Shown piece by piece: positions 30,969 through 39,088 of a stretch of 64,000 nt of DNA. The notes beneath the pieces were generated by a model. It saw only the letters and a program-made list of their open reading frames with translations, was not told the DNA's origin and did no database searches. The stretch comes from Bacteroidales bacterium (GTDB taxonomy: Bacteria; Bacteroidota; Bacteroidia; Bacteroidales; WCHB1-69): assembly GCA_016288655.1 (NCBI GenBank), contig JAEEKX010000022.1, positions 55,693 to 119,692 on the forward strand. Direction: 5' to 3'. Within the stretch, counting starts at the first letter, position 1; the number at the start of each line of letters is the position of its first letter. The position numbers and the translations under genes were made by a program.

Positions 30969-33734
30969 CTATTGAGCGGTTACGGAAGTCCCGTTGCCGG
31001 AGGTCGTAGCGCTGGCGCCGATGTATAGCCCGTGCCAGTTGGCTGTGCCGTTGATGGTGGGGTTGGTGTAGAGGGTGTAGGTGCCCGAGGTGATGCTGGG
31101 GCTGGTGAAAACAAAACTGGCGCTGCTGCTGCCACCGCCTCCGGGAGGTCTGAGTCCGGGGGTGGAGGACATGAACCCGCTGCCGGAGATGGAGGCGGGA
31201 TGGCTGTAGATCATGACGGGCGTGGAGGCGCTGTTCTTGATGCAGTAGGAGCTGCCGCCGGTGATGGTGGGTGCGAGGTACTTCTGCCCGTTCTGGTAGG
31301 TGGGGTTGTCGAGCAGGGCCATGCCGCCGGGACCGCCGCCGCCACCACTGGAGGCGCGGTAGGCGATGATGGTGGCGCCGTTGATGATCAGGTGGCCTTG
31401 GGTGCCGCCCATGCCGTCGGTGTTGGCGTCGATGGCCTCTTCTGTGCCGGCCACGATGACCACGCCGCCGTTGTAGTAGGAGTAGGCGCCGTTGCAGTCG
31501 ATGCCGTCGTTGCCGCGGGCATAAGCCCACACATAGCCGCCGTTGACTTCGAGGTGGTTGGCGGCGTTGATGGCGTCGTCGTAAGAGTTGGCCTCCACAA
31601 AGCCGCCGTTGATGTAGATGCCGTTCTTGCTCTCGATGGCCTCGCCAGTCGGGTCTCCGGAGGTCTGCGAGCAGTAGGAGGAGACGTGACCGCTGTTGAT
31701 GACGAGGTTGCCCATGGCCTTGATTCCCTTGGGGTTGCAGTAGGTGGTGCTGCTGCCCCAGCCGCCCCAGCCGCCGCCACCGCCGCTGATGGGTGCTCCG
31801 GAGGTGTGGATGTCGATGTCGATGAGGTCGTTGTCGGCTCCCTGAGCCCCGATGGTGAAGACACCATCGACCTTGATGCCGCGGCCGCCTGTGCCGGTGC
31901 TCTCGCAGTTGAAGGTGCCGCCGAGGATGTTGAGATTTCCGTCGGTCTTGAGGCAGACGGGACCGTAGCCGTCGGTGGTGTTGCTGCTGTTGGTGTAAGT
32001 GGTGCCGCTGCCAGCCGTCGTCAGGGCGAAAGTGCCGCCGTTGATGGTGGCCACGCCCGTGGCGGAAATACAACGCCCCCCGGTGTTGGCGTTGGTGCAG
32101 TTGATGGTGAAGTCGCCGTTGTCAATGGTGAGCGTGCCATCGGCCTTGATGCCGCTGCAGTAGGACGGGTCGCCGCTGGTGACCACGGTGCTGCCGGAGG
32201 CGGTGATGTGGAAGGCGCCGCCGGCGATCAGCATGGCGGTGCCGGACTTGATGCCCTTGCTGGTGTTGCCGGAAGCGGTGACGGTGATGTCGCCGCCGTT
32301 GACGGTGAGGGTGTTGTCGGCGGTCATGCCCTTGCTGTCGGCGCCGGAGGCGGTGACATGTAGGGTGCCGTCGTTGACGGTCACAGCCACGTCGGCGGAA
32401 AAGCCCTTGCTGTCGGTGCCGGAGGCGGTGAGGGTGATGTCGCCGCCGTTGACGACGATGCTGCCGTTGGTCTTGACGCAGGCGGCGGAGTAGGAGTCGC
32501 TCTGGTTGCTGGCGTTGGTGTAGGTGCCACCGGCGCCAGCCACGGAGAGGACGAGGGTGCCGCCGTGGATGGTGACGTCGCCGTCGGCGTTGATGGCCTT
32601 GCCGCCCTGCGCCGCGCTGCTCATGGTGATGTTGATGCTCGTGGATCCGGTGACGGCATCGATGTCGATGGGGCCATCGCACTTCAAGCCGGCGCTGTGG
32701 GAGGCGTCGCCGCTGACGACCTGGGTGGCGCCGGAACCGTTGATGGTGATGTCGCCGCCCTCGATCACGATGGCGTAGGCCGACTTCATGCCCTTGCTGT
32801 AGGCGCCCGTGAGCGTGAGGTTGATGTCGCCGCCGGTGATGTAAATGATGCTGTCGCACTTCATCGCTTTTCCGTCGGCCGCGGAGATGTCAATGTCGAT
32901 GCTGCCGCCGGCGACTTCGATGAAGCCGCGGTCGCCGTCGATGCCGGTGGCGGCGTTGCTGATCGTTACTCTGCCGGTGTACATCTGGAAGTAGTCGGCG
33001 TGCAGGCCGTCGGTAACGGCGCTGGGCACCACGATGTTGCCGCTCAGAACGCGGATGTAGTCGTTGCTGAAGATGGCGTGCTTGACGGTGCCGGTGGCGG
33101 TGAGGGTGCCGTTGCCGGAAAAGATGATCTGTCCCTCGCTGTCGAAGGCCGCCTTGTGGGTGGTGGCGTCGCCGCCATCGACCAACGTGCTGCTGTTCTC
33201 CAACGTCACGGAGACCTTCACGTCGTCAATCACCTTGATGGCCGCCCCCGTCGGGTTGGTGATGCTCACCCCGTGCATGATAAGGTTGAAACGGTGGTCG
33301 CTGTTCATGATGAGCGAGCCGTCGCTGGTGCTGCCGGCCAGATAGTAAATGATGTCCTGCGTGCCCGACTGCGCATTCACGGTGACGTCGGCGCCGTTGG
33401 CGGTCACCGTCACTCCGCGGTTCGCCCACGGGTTGATGATGTTGACGCTGTTGCCGTTATAGGTGATGTAAATGATCTCACCGGTGTCGATCTCGACGGA
33501 CTCGGAACTGAAGACGATGCTGTCAATGCCCACTACCGGGAACATGAAATCGGGTTCCCCAATATTATTATGTAGTATGGAGATGTTGTTCTGGAAACAT
33601 ACGCTGTCGATCTGGTCGATCAACTGGGTGTGGACAGGATTGCTGCCGTTGTAGTATATGATACGCTGCTCCTGCGCGGAAGCGAAACCGCAGAGGATGA
33701 AAATGGTGATAAGGGTAGTCAACAACTTCTTCAT
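30969..33734 (-). CDS. Secreted Cthe_2159-family carbohydrate-binding beta-helix protein (large, internally duplicated)
   Basis: A 921-aa ORF with a signal peptide. The N-terminal block is ITYNGNSVNIINPWANRGVTVTANGADVTVNA..IIYYLAGSTSDGSLIMNSDHRFNLIMHGVSITNPTGAAIKV. Many coils of the type GGDITxTASGxxSKGxK follow, matching my recollection of Cthe_2159-type proteins. Confidence 0.72.
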   Translation of the reverse strand: MKKLLTTLITIFILCGFASAQEQRIIYYNGSNPVHTQLIDQIDSVCFQNNISILHNNIGEPDFMFPVVGIDSIVFSSESVEIDTGEIIYITYNGNSVNIINPWANRGVTVTANGADVTVNAQSGTQDIIYYLAGSTSDGSLIMNSDHRFNLIMHGVSITNPTGAAIKVIDDVKVSVTLENSSTLVDGGDATTHKAAFDSEGQIIFSGNGTLTATGTVKHAIFSNDYIRVLSGNIVVPSAVTDGLHADYFQMYTGRVTISNAATGIDGDRGFIEVAGGSIDIDISAADGKAMKCDSIIYITGGDINLTLTGAYSKGMKSAYAIVIEGGDITINGSGATQVVSGDASHSAGLKCDGPIDIDAVTGSTSINITMSSAAQGGKAINADGDVTIHGGTLVLSVAGAGGTYTNASNQSDSYSAACVKTNGSIVVNGGDITLTASGTDSKGFSADVAVTVNDGTLHVTASGADSKGMTADNTLTVNGGDITVTASGNTSKGIKSGTAMLIAGGAFHITASGSTVVTSGDPSYCSGIKADGTLTIDNGDFTINCTNANTGGRCISATGVATINGGTFALTTAGSGTTYTNSSNTTDGYGPVCLKTDGNLNILGGTFNCESTGTGGRGIKVDGVFTIGAQGADNDLIDIDIHTSGAPISGGGGGWGGWGSSTTYCNPKGIKAMGNLVINSGHVSSYCSQTSGDPTGEAIESKNGIYINGGFVEANSYDDAINAANHLEVNGGYVWAYARGNDGIDCNGAYSYYNGGVVIVAGTEEAIDANTDGMGGTQGHLIINGATIIAYRASSGGGGGPGGMALLDNPTYQNGQKYLAPTITGGSSYCIKNSASTPVMIYSHPASISGSGFMSSTPGLRPPGGGGSSSASFVFTSPSITSGTYTLYTNPTINGTANWHGLYIGASATTSGNGTSVTAQ

Positions 33735-33737
33735 GGC

Positions 33738-34235
33738 TTAGAATTTTGAGAATTTGTATGTCTGTTCATTGACACGGATGACGTACATGCCGCGCGGCAA
33801 GTTGCTGACATCCAGACTCTCCGACGTGCTCAACTGCTGTTGTTGCAGCAACTGGCCGTTGAGGGTGAAGACCGACACCTGCACGTTCTGCTCGACATTG
33901 GTGGCGAAGTAGAGGTGGTCGGAAGTGGGGTTCGGGTAGATGAGGATGGCGTTGTCACCCCAATCGGACGTGCCGCCGATGACGGTGCTCACGGCATCCA
34001 ATTCCAGCCGACGGATGGTCGAGACCGGCACGGAGGTGACCACGCCCGCCTGATCCAGCATCAGGTTGTCGCCCGAAAAGTAGAATTTCGTGACATTTTC
34101 AAAGTCTGACGGCGACTGGTTGTTGTTGTAAACCACAGTCACATCGGTTGTCTGCACAATGGTTTGCGACCATAACGATGTGGCCGGAATCCAGAACAGA
34201 AGAGCAAGGATAAGAAGTTTTTTCAGTTGATACAT
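33738..34235 (-). CDS. Small secreted protein consisting of a short N-domain plus a T9SS C-terminal sorting domain
   Basis: A 165-aa ORF with a signal peptide. The C-terminus is ILIYPNPTSDHLYF...VSVFTLNGQLL....LDVSNLPRGMYVIRVNEQTYKFSKF. It is the first gene of the operon. Confidence 0.7.
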   Translation of the reverse strand: MYQLKKLLILALLFWIPATSLWSQTIVQTTDVTVVYNNNQSPSDFENVTKFYFSGDNLMLDQAGVVTSVPVSTIRRLELDAVSTVIGGTSDWGDNAILIYPNPTSDHLYFATNVEQNVQVSVFTLNGQLLQQQQLSTSESLDVSNLPRGMYVIRVNEQTYKFSKF

Positions 34236-34261
34236 TTTATATCAATTTAATATTTACGCTG

Positions 34262-34269
34262 CAAAAATA
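34262..34269 (-). promoter_or_regulatory. -7 promoter element (TATTTTTG) heading the 34.2->25.6 kb operon
   Basis: The plus strand reads caaaaata, 27 nt upstream of the ATG at 34235. Confidence 0.45.
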
Positions 34270-34368
34270 GAAAAATTTTTTTTATAGTTGTTCATTGACT
34301 GAAAAAAAACGGCCACTAGTGGAAGAAAAGTGAAAAAAAAACATGATTTTCAGTTTGAACAAAAACCT

Positions 34369-34376
34369 TAATTTTG
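34369..34376 (+). promoter_or_regulatory. -7 promoter element (TAATTTTG) for rnr
   Basis: An exact TAnnTTTG match 20 nt upstream of the ATG at 34396. Confidence 0.45.
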
Positions 34377-34395
34377 CAACCGCAAATTTTCAACT

Positions 34396-36522
34396 ATGGA
34401 AAACATTGAAAACAGAATTATACAAGTACTGTCGTCAGGCAATGAGAAGTTGAATTACAAGCAGATAGCGGCAAAGATCAACATCTATGACAAGCAGGGG
34501 CGTGAGGAAGTGAAGCGCGTGATCGGGAAATTCGTGAAGGCGAAGATCCTGCTGACGGTGGGGCGCGGCAAGTACCGGCTCAACCACAAATACATGAACA
34601 AGGAGACCACGGGGCGCAACTACGTCACTGGGCGGCTGGAAGTGAAGTACAGCGGTTCGGCGTGGGTGCTGCAAGAGGGCGACGACGAGGACATCTTCAT
34701 CGCCGAGCGCAACCTCAGCAATGCCTTGCACGGCGACTTGGTGAAGGTGATGCTCTTCCCGCCCCGCGAGGACCGCAGGCCTGAGGGCGAGGTGGTGCAA
34801 GTGCTCGAACGCAGCCAGCAGCAACTCGTCGGCATCATCCGCATCGACAAAGGCATCGCCTTTTTCATCCCCGACAGCAACAACTTCCGTCGTGACGTCC
34901 TCATCCCGGGGCGGCTGCTGCGCAAGGCCAAGAATGGCTACAAGGTGGTGGTGAAGATCGTGGATTGGACGCCCGGCAGCAAGAACCCCATCGGCGAGGT
35001 GGTGAACGTGCTCGGCAAGCCCGGCGACAACGACGTCGAGATGCTGTCGATCTTGGCGGAGAGCAATTTCCCGGTCAGCTTTCCCAAGGAGGTGGAGCAG
35101 GAGGCGGAGGCCATCGTCGCCCTCAGCGGCGCCGAGGCGCTGAAGGGACGCCGCGACTTCCGCAAGGTGACCACCTTCACCATCGACCCCGCCGACGCCA
35201 AGGACTTCGACGACGCCCTCTCCTATGAGCGCCTGCCCAACGGCCACCATCGCATCGGCGTCCACATCGCCGACGTCTCCTACTACGTGCGCCCCGGCTC
35301 CGCCATCGACCGCGAGGCCTACGACCGCGGCACCTCCGTATATCTCGTTGACCGCACCATTCCCATGCTGCCCGAAGCCCTTTCCAACAACCTCTGCTCG
35401 CTGCGTCCCCACGAGGACAAACTCTGCTTCAGCGCCGTTTTCGAACTCGACGACGATGCCAAGGTGGTGCGCGAATGGTTCGGCCATACGGTCATCAACT
35501 CCGACGAGCGCTTCGACTACGGACAGGTGCAGAAGATCATCGACGACGGCAAAGGCCGCCTTTCCGACGAAATCAACACCATCAACGGATTAGCCCGTAT
35601 CATGCGCAAACGCCGTTTCGAGAACAACGCCATCAACTTCGAGACAGAAGAGGTCAAGTTCGAACTCGACGAGAACGCCAAGCCCATCGGCGTCTATCTC
35701 AAGGTGGCCACGGAAGCCAACTTCATGATCGAGGAGTTCATGCTGCTGGCCAACAAGCGGGTGGCCGAGAAGATCGGCAAGCGCACCAGCGCCAACAAAG
35801 AGCCCAAGACCTTCGTCTATCGTATCCACGACAAGCCGTTGGAAGAGAAATTGTTGACATTCAAGAACTTCGTCAAGAAAATCGGGTACGACTTCAAGGT
35901 CGGATCTCCCAAGACGGTCTCCAGTTCCTTCAACGGGCTGTTCCGCCAGGCACAGGGAAAGAAAGAGTTCGACATGCTTTGCAAACTCTCCATCCGCACG
36001 ATGGCGCGTGCCGTCTATTCCACCGAAAACATCGGCCACTACGGACTCGCCTTCCCCTTTTACACTCACTTTACCTCCCCTATCCGCCGCTATCCCGACC
36101 TGATGGTGCACCGTCTGCTCGACCGTTATTTAGCGAAGGGCGAGTCGGTGCCCGCCGACCAGTACGAGGAGTTCTGCAACCACTGTTCACAGATGGAGCA
36201 GAAGGCCACCGAAGCCGAGCGCAACAGCGTGAAATACAAGCAGGCAGAATACCTGGAGGACCAGATCGGCAAGACCTTCGACGCCACCGTCAGCGGCATC
36301 TGCAAGTGGGGCATCTTCGCCGAACTCAAGGATTCGAAGTGCGAAGGGCTTATCGCCATGCGCAAGTTCAACGACGACTTCTACTACATCGACGAGGAGA
36401 ACTACACGCTCGTCGGACTGCACGGCGGCAAGTCGTACCGCTTCGGCGACGACATCAAAGTGCGGGTGGCTTCCGTGGATCTGCTGCGCCGCCAGATGGA
36501 TTTCGACATCGTAGAGGAGTAG
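34396..36522 (+). CDS. rnr: ribonuclease R
   Basis: A 708-aa ORF. The RNB catalytic domain is TIDPADAKDFDDALS...HIADVSYYV...RGTSVYLVDRTIPMLP...YGLAFPFYTHFTSPIRRYPDLMVHR. A C-terminal S1 domain is present. Confidence 0.95.
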   Translation: MENIENRIIQVLSSGNEKLNYKQIAAKINIYDKQGREEVKRVIGKFVKAKILLTVGRGKYRLNHKYMNKETTGRNYVTGRLEVKYSGSAWVLQEGDDEDIFIAERNLSNALHGDLVKVMLFPPREDRRPEGEVVQVLERSQQQLVGIIRIDKGIAFFIPDSNNFRRDVLIPGRLLRKAKNGYKVVVKIVDWTPGSKNPIGEVVNVLGKPGDNDVEMLSILAESNFPVSFPKEVEQEAEAIVALSGAEALKGRRDFRKVTTFTIDPADAKDFDDALSYERLPNGHHRIGVHIADVSYYVRPGSAIDREAYDRGTSVYLVDRTIPMLPEALSNNLCSLRPHEDKLCFSAVFELDDDAKVVREWFGHTVINSDERFDYGQVQKIIDDGKGRLSDEINTINGLARIMRKRRFENNAINFETEEVKFELDENAKPIGVYLKVATEANFMIEEFMLLANKRVAEKIGKRTSANKEPKTFVYRIHDKPLEEKLLTFKNFVKKIGYDFKVGSPKTVSSSFNGLFRQAQGKKEFDMLCKLSIRTMARAVYSTENIGHYGLAFPFYTHFTSPIRRYPDLMVHRLLDRYLAKGESVPADQYEEFCNHCSQMEQKATEAERNSVKYKQAEYLEDQIGKTFDATVSGICKWGIFAELKDSKCEGLIAMRKFNDDFYYIDEENYTLVGLHGGKSYRFGDDIKVRVASVDLLRRQMDFDIVEE

Positions 36523-36833
36523 GATTTCGGGCGTCGTTAAGCGCGGCTTCGCTGCTTTGGGAACTACGAATTACACGGATTAATTGCGGATTAGATTAAT
36601 GCGGATTAATACGAATCATTTATCATGTTTTTTTGCCGATCATTTTTTCAAAAAAATCATGAAAAAAACTTCATCCACTGTCTTTTTTTTATTGGAATAA
36701 AAAAAATCACAAAAAAAAATCTCATCATAACTCATTCATTATGAGCGCAATACTTTCTTTCATCAAAAAAAGAACAATTTTTTTTCAAAAAAGGGTGCAA
36801 CCTTTTTCATTTTCTGCATCCTTATTCCAGAGA

Positions 36834-37532
36834 ATGAAACCTAAAAACATCCACCAATATACCGCAGCCATGCGCCCGTTGCTGATGATCTTCATGTTAT
36901 ACATGGGAGGATTTGACCCGTCGTTGAGTCTTTACGGGCAAGACATTCCCAGCCAGGACACCGTCTTTCTGTATGAAGAGGAGATCACTTATGACACGCT
37001 GTACATTGGGCAGGGAAACACTGACGAGAGGAAGAGCCAGCCCGACTCTTCAAATGTCTATCTGTCGAGTCACCGGGCGCGTATCGGAGTACAGGACGAG
37101 ACACTGGGGAAGTTCGTGCCGATGTCGAATGAAACGCTCCAGGGCCTGCTCACCCCGACGGACTACAACCAATACAGGCAGGGGCGGCGCATGGTCAACG
37201 GCTCCTACGCATGCTACGTCGTCGGCTCCCTGAGCATTGCGGTGGCGGCTGTGGGCTTCAGCTTCTTCAGCACCGGCATATCGACGCGGCAGCCCCTGTT
37301 CGGGACGGAATACCAGAAATTCCAACGCGGGAATTTTGCCATGTTTGCTTGCGGCGTGTTGGTGGGCGGCATCTGCCTGCGTGCCGGGGTTGTCATCAAC
37401 CGACGGGGAAAATTCAAAGTCAGAAAAGCCGCATCTTCATACAACGAAATCCACCACCTTGCCTATGCCCCGCCGATCCGGCTCTCCTTCAGCGGCACTC
37501 CCGATGGCATCGGACTAACTCTGAATTTCTAA
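36834..37532 (+). CDS. Hypothetical membrane protein, translationally coupled to the downstream sigma factor gene. The start is uncertain (36741, 36834 or 36870).
   Basis: The ORF is 36741..37532. It has two C-terminal hydrophobic helices (YVVGSLSIAVAAVGFSFF, FACGVLVGGICLRAGVVI). Its TAA stop overlaps the sigma-factor ATG (TAATG). I recognise no family. Confidence 0.4.
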   Translation: MKPKNIHQYTAAMRPLLMIFMLYMGGFDPSLSLYGQDIPSQDTVFLYEEEITYDTLYIGQGNTDERKSQPDSSNVYLSSHRARIGVQDETLGKFVPMSNETLQGLLTPTDYNQYRQGRRMVNGSYACYVVGSLSIAVAAVGFSFFSTGISTRQPLFGTEYQKFQRGNFAMFACGVLVGGICLRAGVVINRRGKFKVRKAASSYNEIHHLAYAPPIRLSFSGTPDGIGLTLNF

Positions 37533-38641
37533 TGGACGCGAAAGCATTTTGGTCTAGAAAATATAATCAACTGATACCTAAAATGATAGGACTGTGTTAC
37601 CGTTATATTCCTGATCGACAGACGGCAGAAGACATCGCCCACGACGCCTTTCTGACCGCCATCGAGAAGTCGGAAAGTTACCGTGGCAGCGGCGACTTCG
37701 CGGCGTGGTTGAGGAAGATCACAGTCAACCAAGCACTCCAGTACCTGCGGCAACAGTGGTCCCATCGGAGCGAGGCATTCGACGAAAGCATGGTGGCGGA
37801 TCCCATCGAGGAGTCGGAAGAGGCACCGGAAGACGACATTATAGCGGTCATCCAGAAAGCCGACTTCACGCAGGAGGAGATCCTTGAGGCCATCGGGAAG
37901 CTGCCCGAACACCACCGTACGGTCTTCAACCTGTATGTATTCGAACATAAATCCCACAAAGAAATATCTGACCTGATGGAGATCTCCGTTGGCACGTCGA
38001 AGTCGCACTTAGCGCGGGCACGGGCCAAGTTGCAGGCCATCCTTTTCAGCAAAGCCAAACAAAAAAGAGCCATTGCCATGTTCATGCTACCCCTATTTTG
38101 CCCGAAGGCGCAAGCGATGGATCGGATAGTCAGTCGGAAACTTCGGGACTTCACGTTGCCGCCTCAGACACACAAGACGTTGGGCGGAAGCGGGCTCGCG
38201 AATTTTCCGCTGCCACCGCTCCGGCTCCGCATCGCGGAGCACCATCTCCCCCTGATGCTCGGCACCGTGGCTGTCACCGCCGCCGCCGGCAGTGTCATCC
38301 TTCCGCTCGTCACGACGGAGCCGTCGCAGTCCGTCCCGGACTTGCCCAACACCGCGCCGCTGACGGAGATGCCGTCGGAGCACTCCCCCGCCCCGTCGCC
38401 GGAGCCGTCCCCGACAGTCGCCATCGACACTTGTGGCTCGCCGTTGCCGGCAAGTCCTACGTCGCCGCTGCCGACCGAGAGTGTCCGGCAGCAACCGACC
38501 GTACCCGAGGGCGCCGACACCGTGGCTGCAACTGCCCCCACAGATGGGAGTAGGAAAGCCCCCGTCGTCGTCAAGAAGGTGAAACAGAAGAAGGTGACCG
38601 TGGTCATCGACACAACAAACGCAAAACCGTCTAACCCATAA
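37532..38641 (+). CDS. ECF-type sigma-70 family factor fused to a C-terminal TM helix and a Pro/Ser/Thr-rich tail
   Basis: The start is the ATG at 37532 (MDAKAFW...). Region 2 is DIAHDAFLTAI...FAAWLRKITVNQALQYLR. Region 4 is LPEHHRTVFNLYVFEHKSHKEISDLMEISVGTSKSHLARARAKLQ. About 190 extra residues follow, including LMLGTVAVTAAAGSVILPLV and a PSPEPSPT-type low-complexity stretch. Confidence 0.8.
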   Translation: MDAKAFWSRKYNQLIPKMIGLCYRYIPDRQTAEDIAHDAFLTAIEKSESYRGSGDFAAWLRKITVNQALQYLRQQWSHRSEAFDESMVADPIEESEEAPEDDIIAVIQKADFTQEEILEAIGKLPEHHRTVFNLYVFEHKSHKEISDLMEISVGTSKSHLARARAKLQAILFSKAKQKRAIAMFMLPLFCPKAQAMDRIVSRKLRDFTLPPQTHKTLGGSGLANFPLPPLRLRIAEHHLPLMLGTVAVTAAAGSVILPLVTTEPSQSVPDLPNTAPLTEMPSEHSPAPSPEPSPTVAIDTCGSPLPASPTSPLPTESVRQQPTVPEGADTVAATAPTDGSRKAPVVVKKVKQKKVTVVIDTTNAKPSNP

Positions 38642-38738
38642 ACCGAGGCGTCGGATCTCCAGCCCGTTGTAAAACGACCTCACCAGCGGGCTGCTCCTGC
38701 GCCGGAATTTTATTAACCCCAGAGGTCATGAAAACACA

Positions 38739-38948
38739 ATGAAAAAATTACTGTTCGTATCCGTTTGTGTAGCCTTGTTAGGGCTGATGACGACTTCTTG
38801 CAGCAAGGGCTGCAAGTGCAAAATCAAAACCGACGTGACAGGCATGGCGCCCGTCTTCGAGGATGAGAACATGTCGAGCAAGGATTGCAAGGACATGCAG
38901 AAGCAACTCAACGACGAGGCCGGCATGGACATGTACAGATGCAACTAA
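38739..38948 (+). CDS. Small Cys-rich lipoprotein (69 aa)
   Basis: It has a signal peptide and lipobox (ALLGLMTTSC) and four further Cys residues in the ~48-aa mature part. A strong terminator follows it. Confidence 0.5.
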   Translation: MKKLLFVSVCVALLGLMTTSCSKGCKCKIKTDVTGMAPVFEDENMSSKDCKDMQKQLNDEAGMDMYRCN

Positions 38949-39025
38949 ACGGCTGTCCTGTGGCTTGATCCCAACACAGAAAGCGTTCCTTGGTGAACGG
39001 AAACCCCTTTCCCAAACCAAACCCC

Positions 39026-39057
39026 AGTCGGCGCGAGGGCAACCTCCGCCGACTTTT
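39026..39057 (+). terminator. Rho-independent terminator after the small lipoprotein gene
   Basis: The stem is agtcggcg(c)gagg / cctccgccgact with loop gcaa, followed by TTTT. Confidence 0.55.
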
Positions 39058-39088
39058 CTATTTCATCACACCATCTTCATCCTTTCCC

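Noticed and set aside
30969-33734. Repetitive-looking DNA considered as a CRISPR array or non-coding tandem repeat.
   Set aside because: The repeats are imperfect, lie in-frame within one 921-codon ORF, and encode beta-helix coils (GGDITxTASGxxSKG). There is no spacer/repeat periodicity and no cas genes are nearby.
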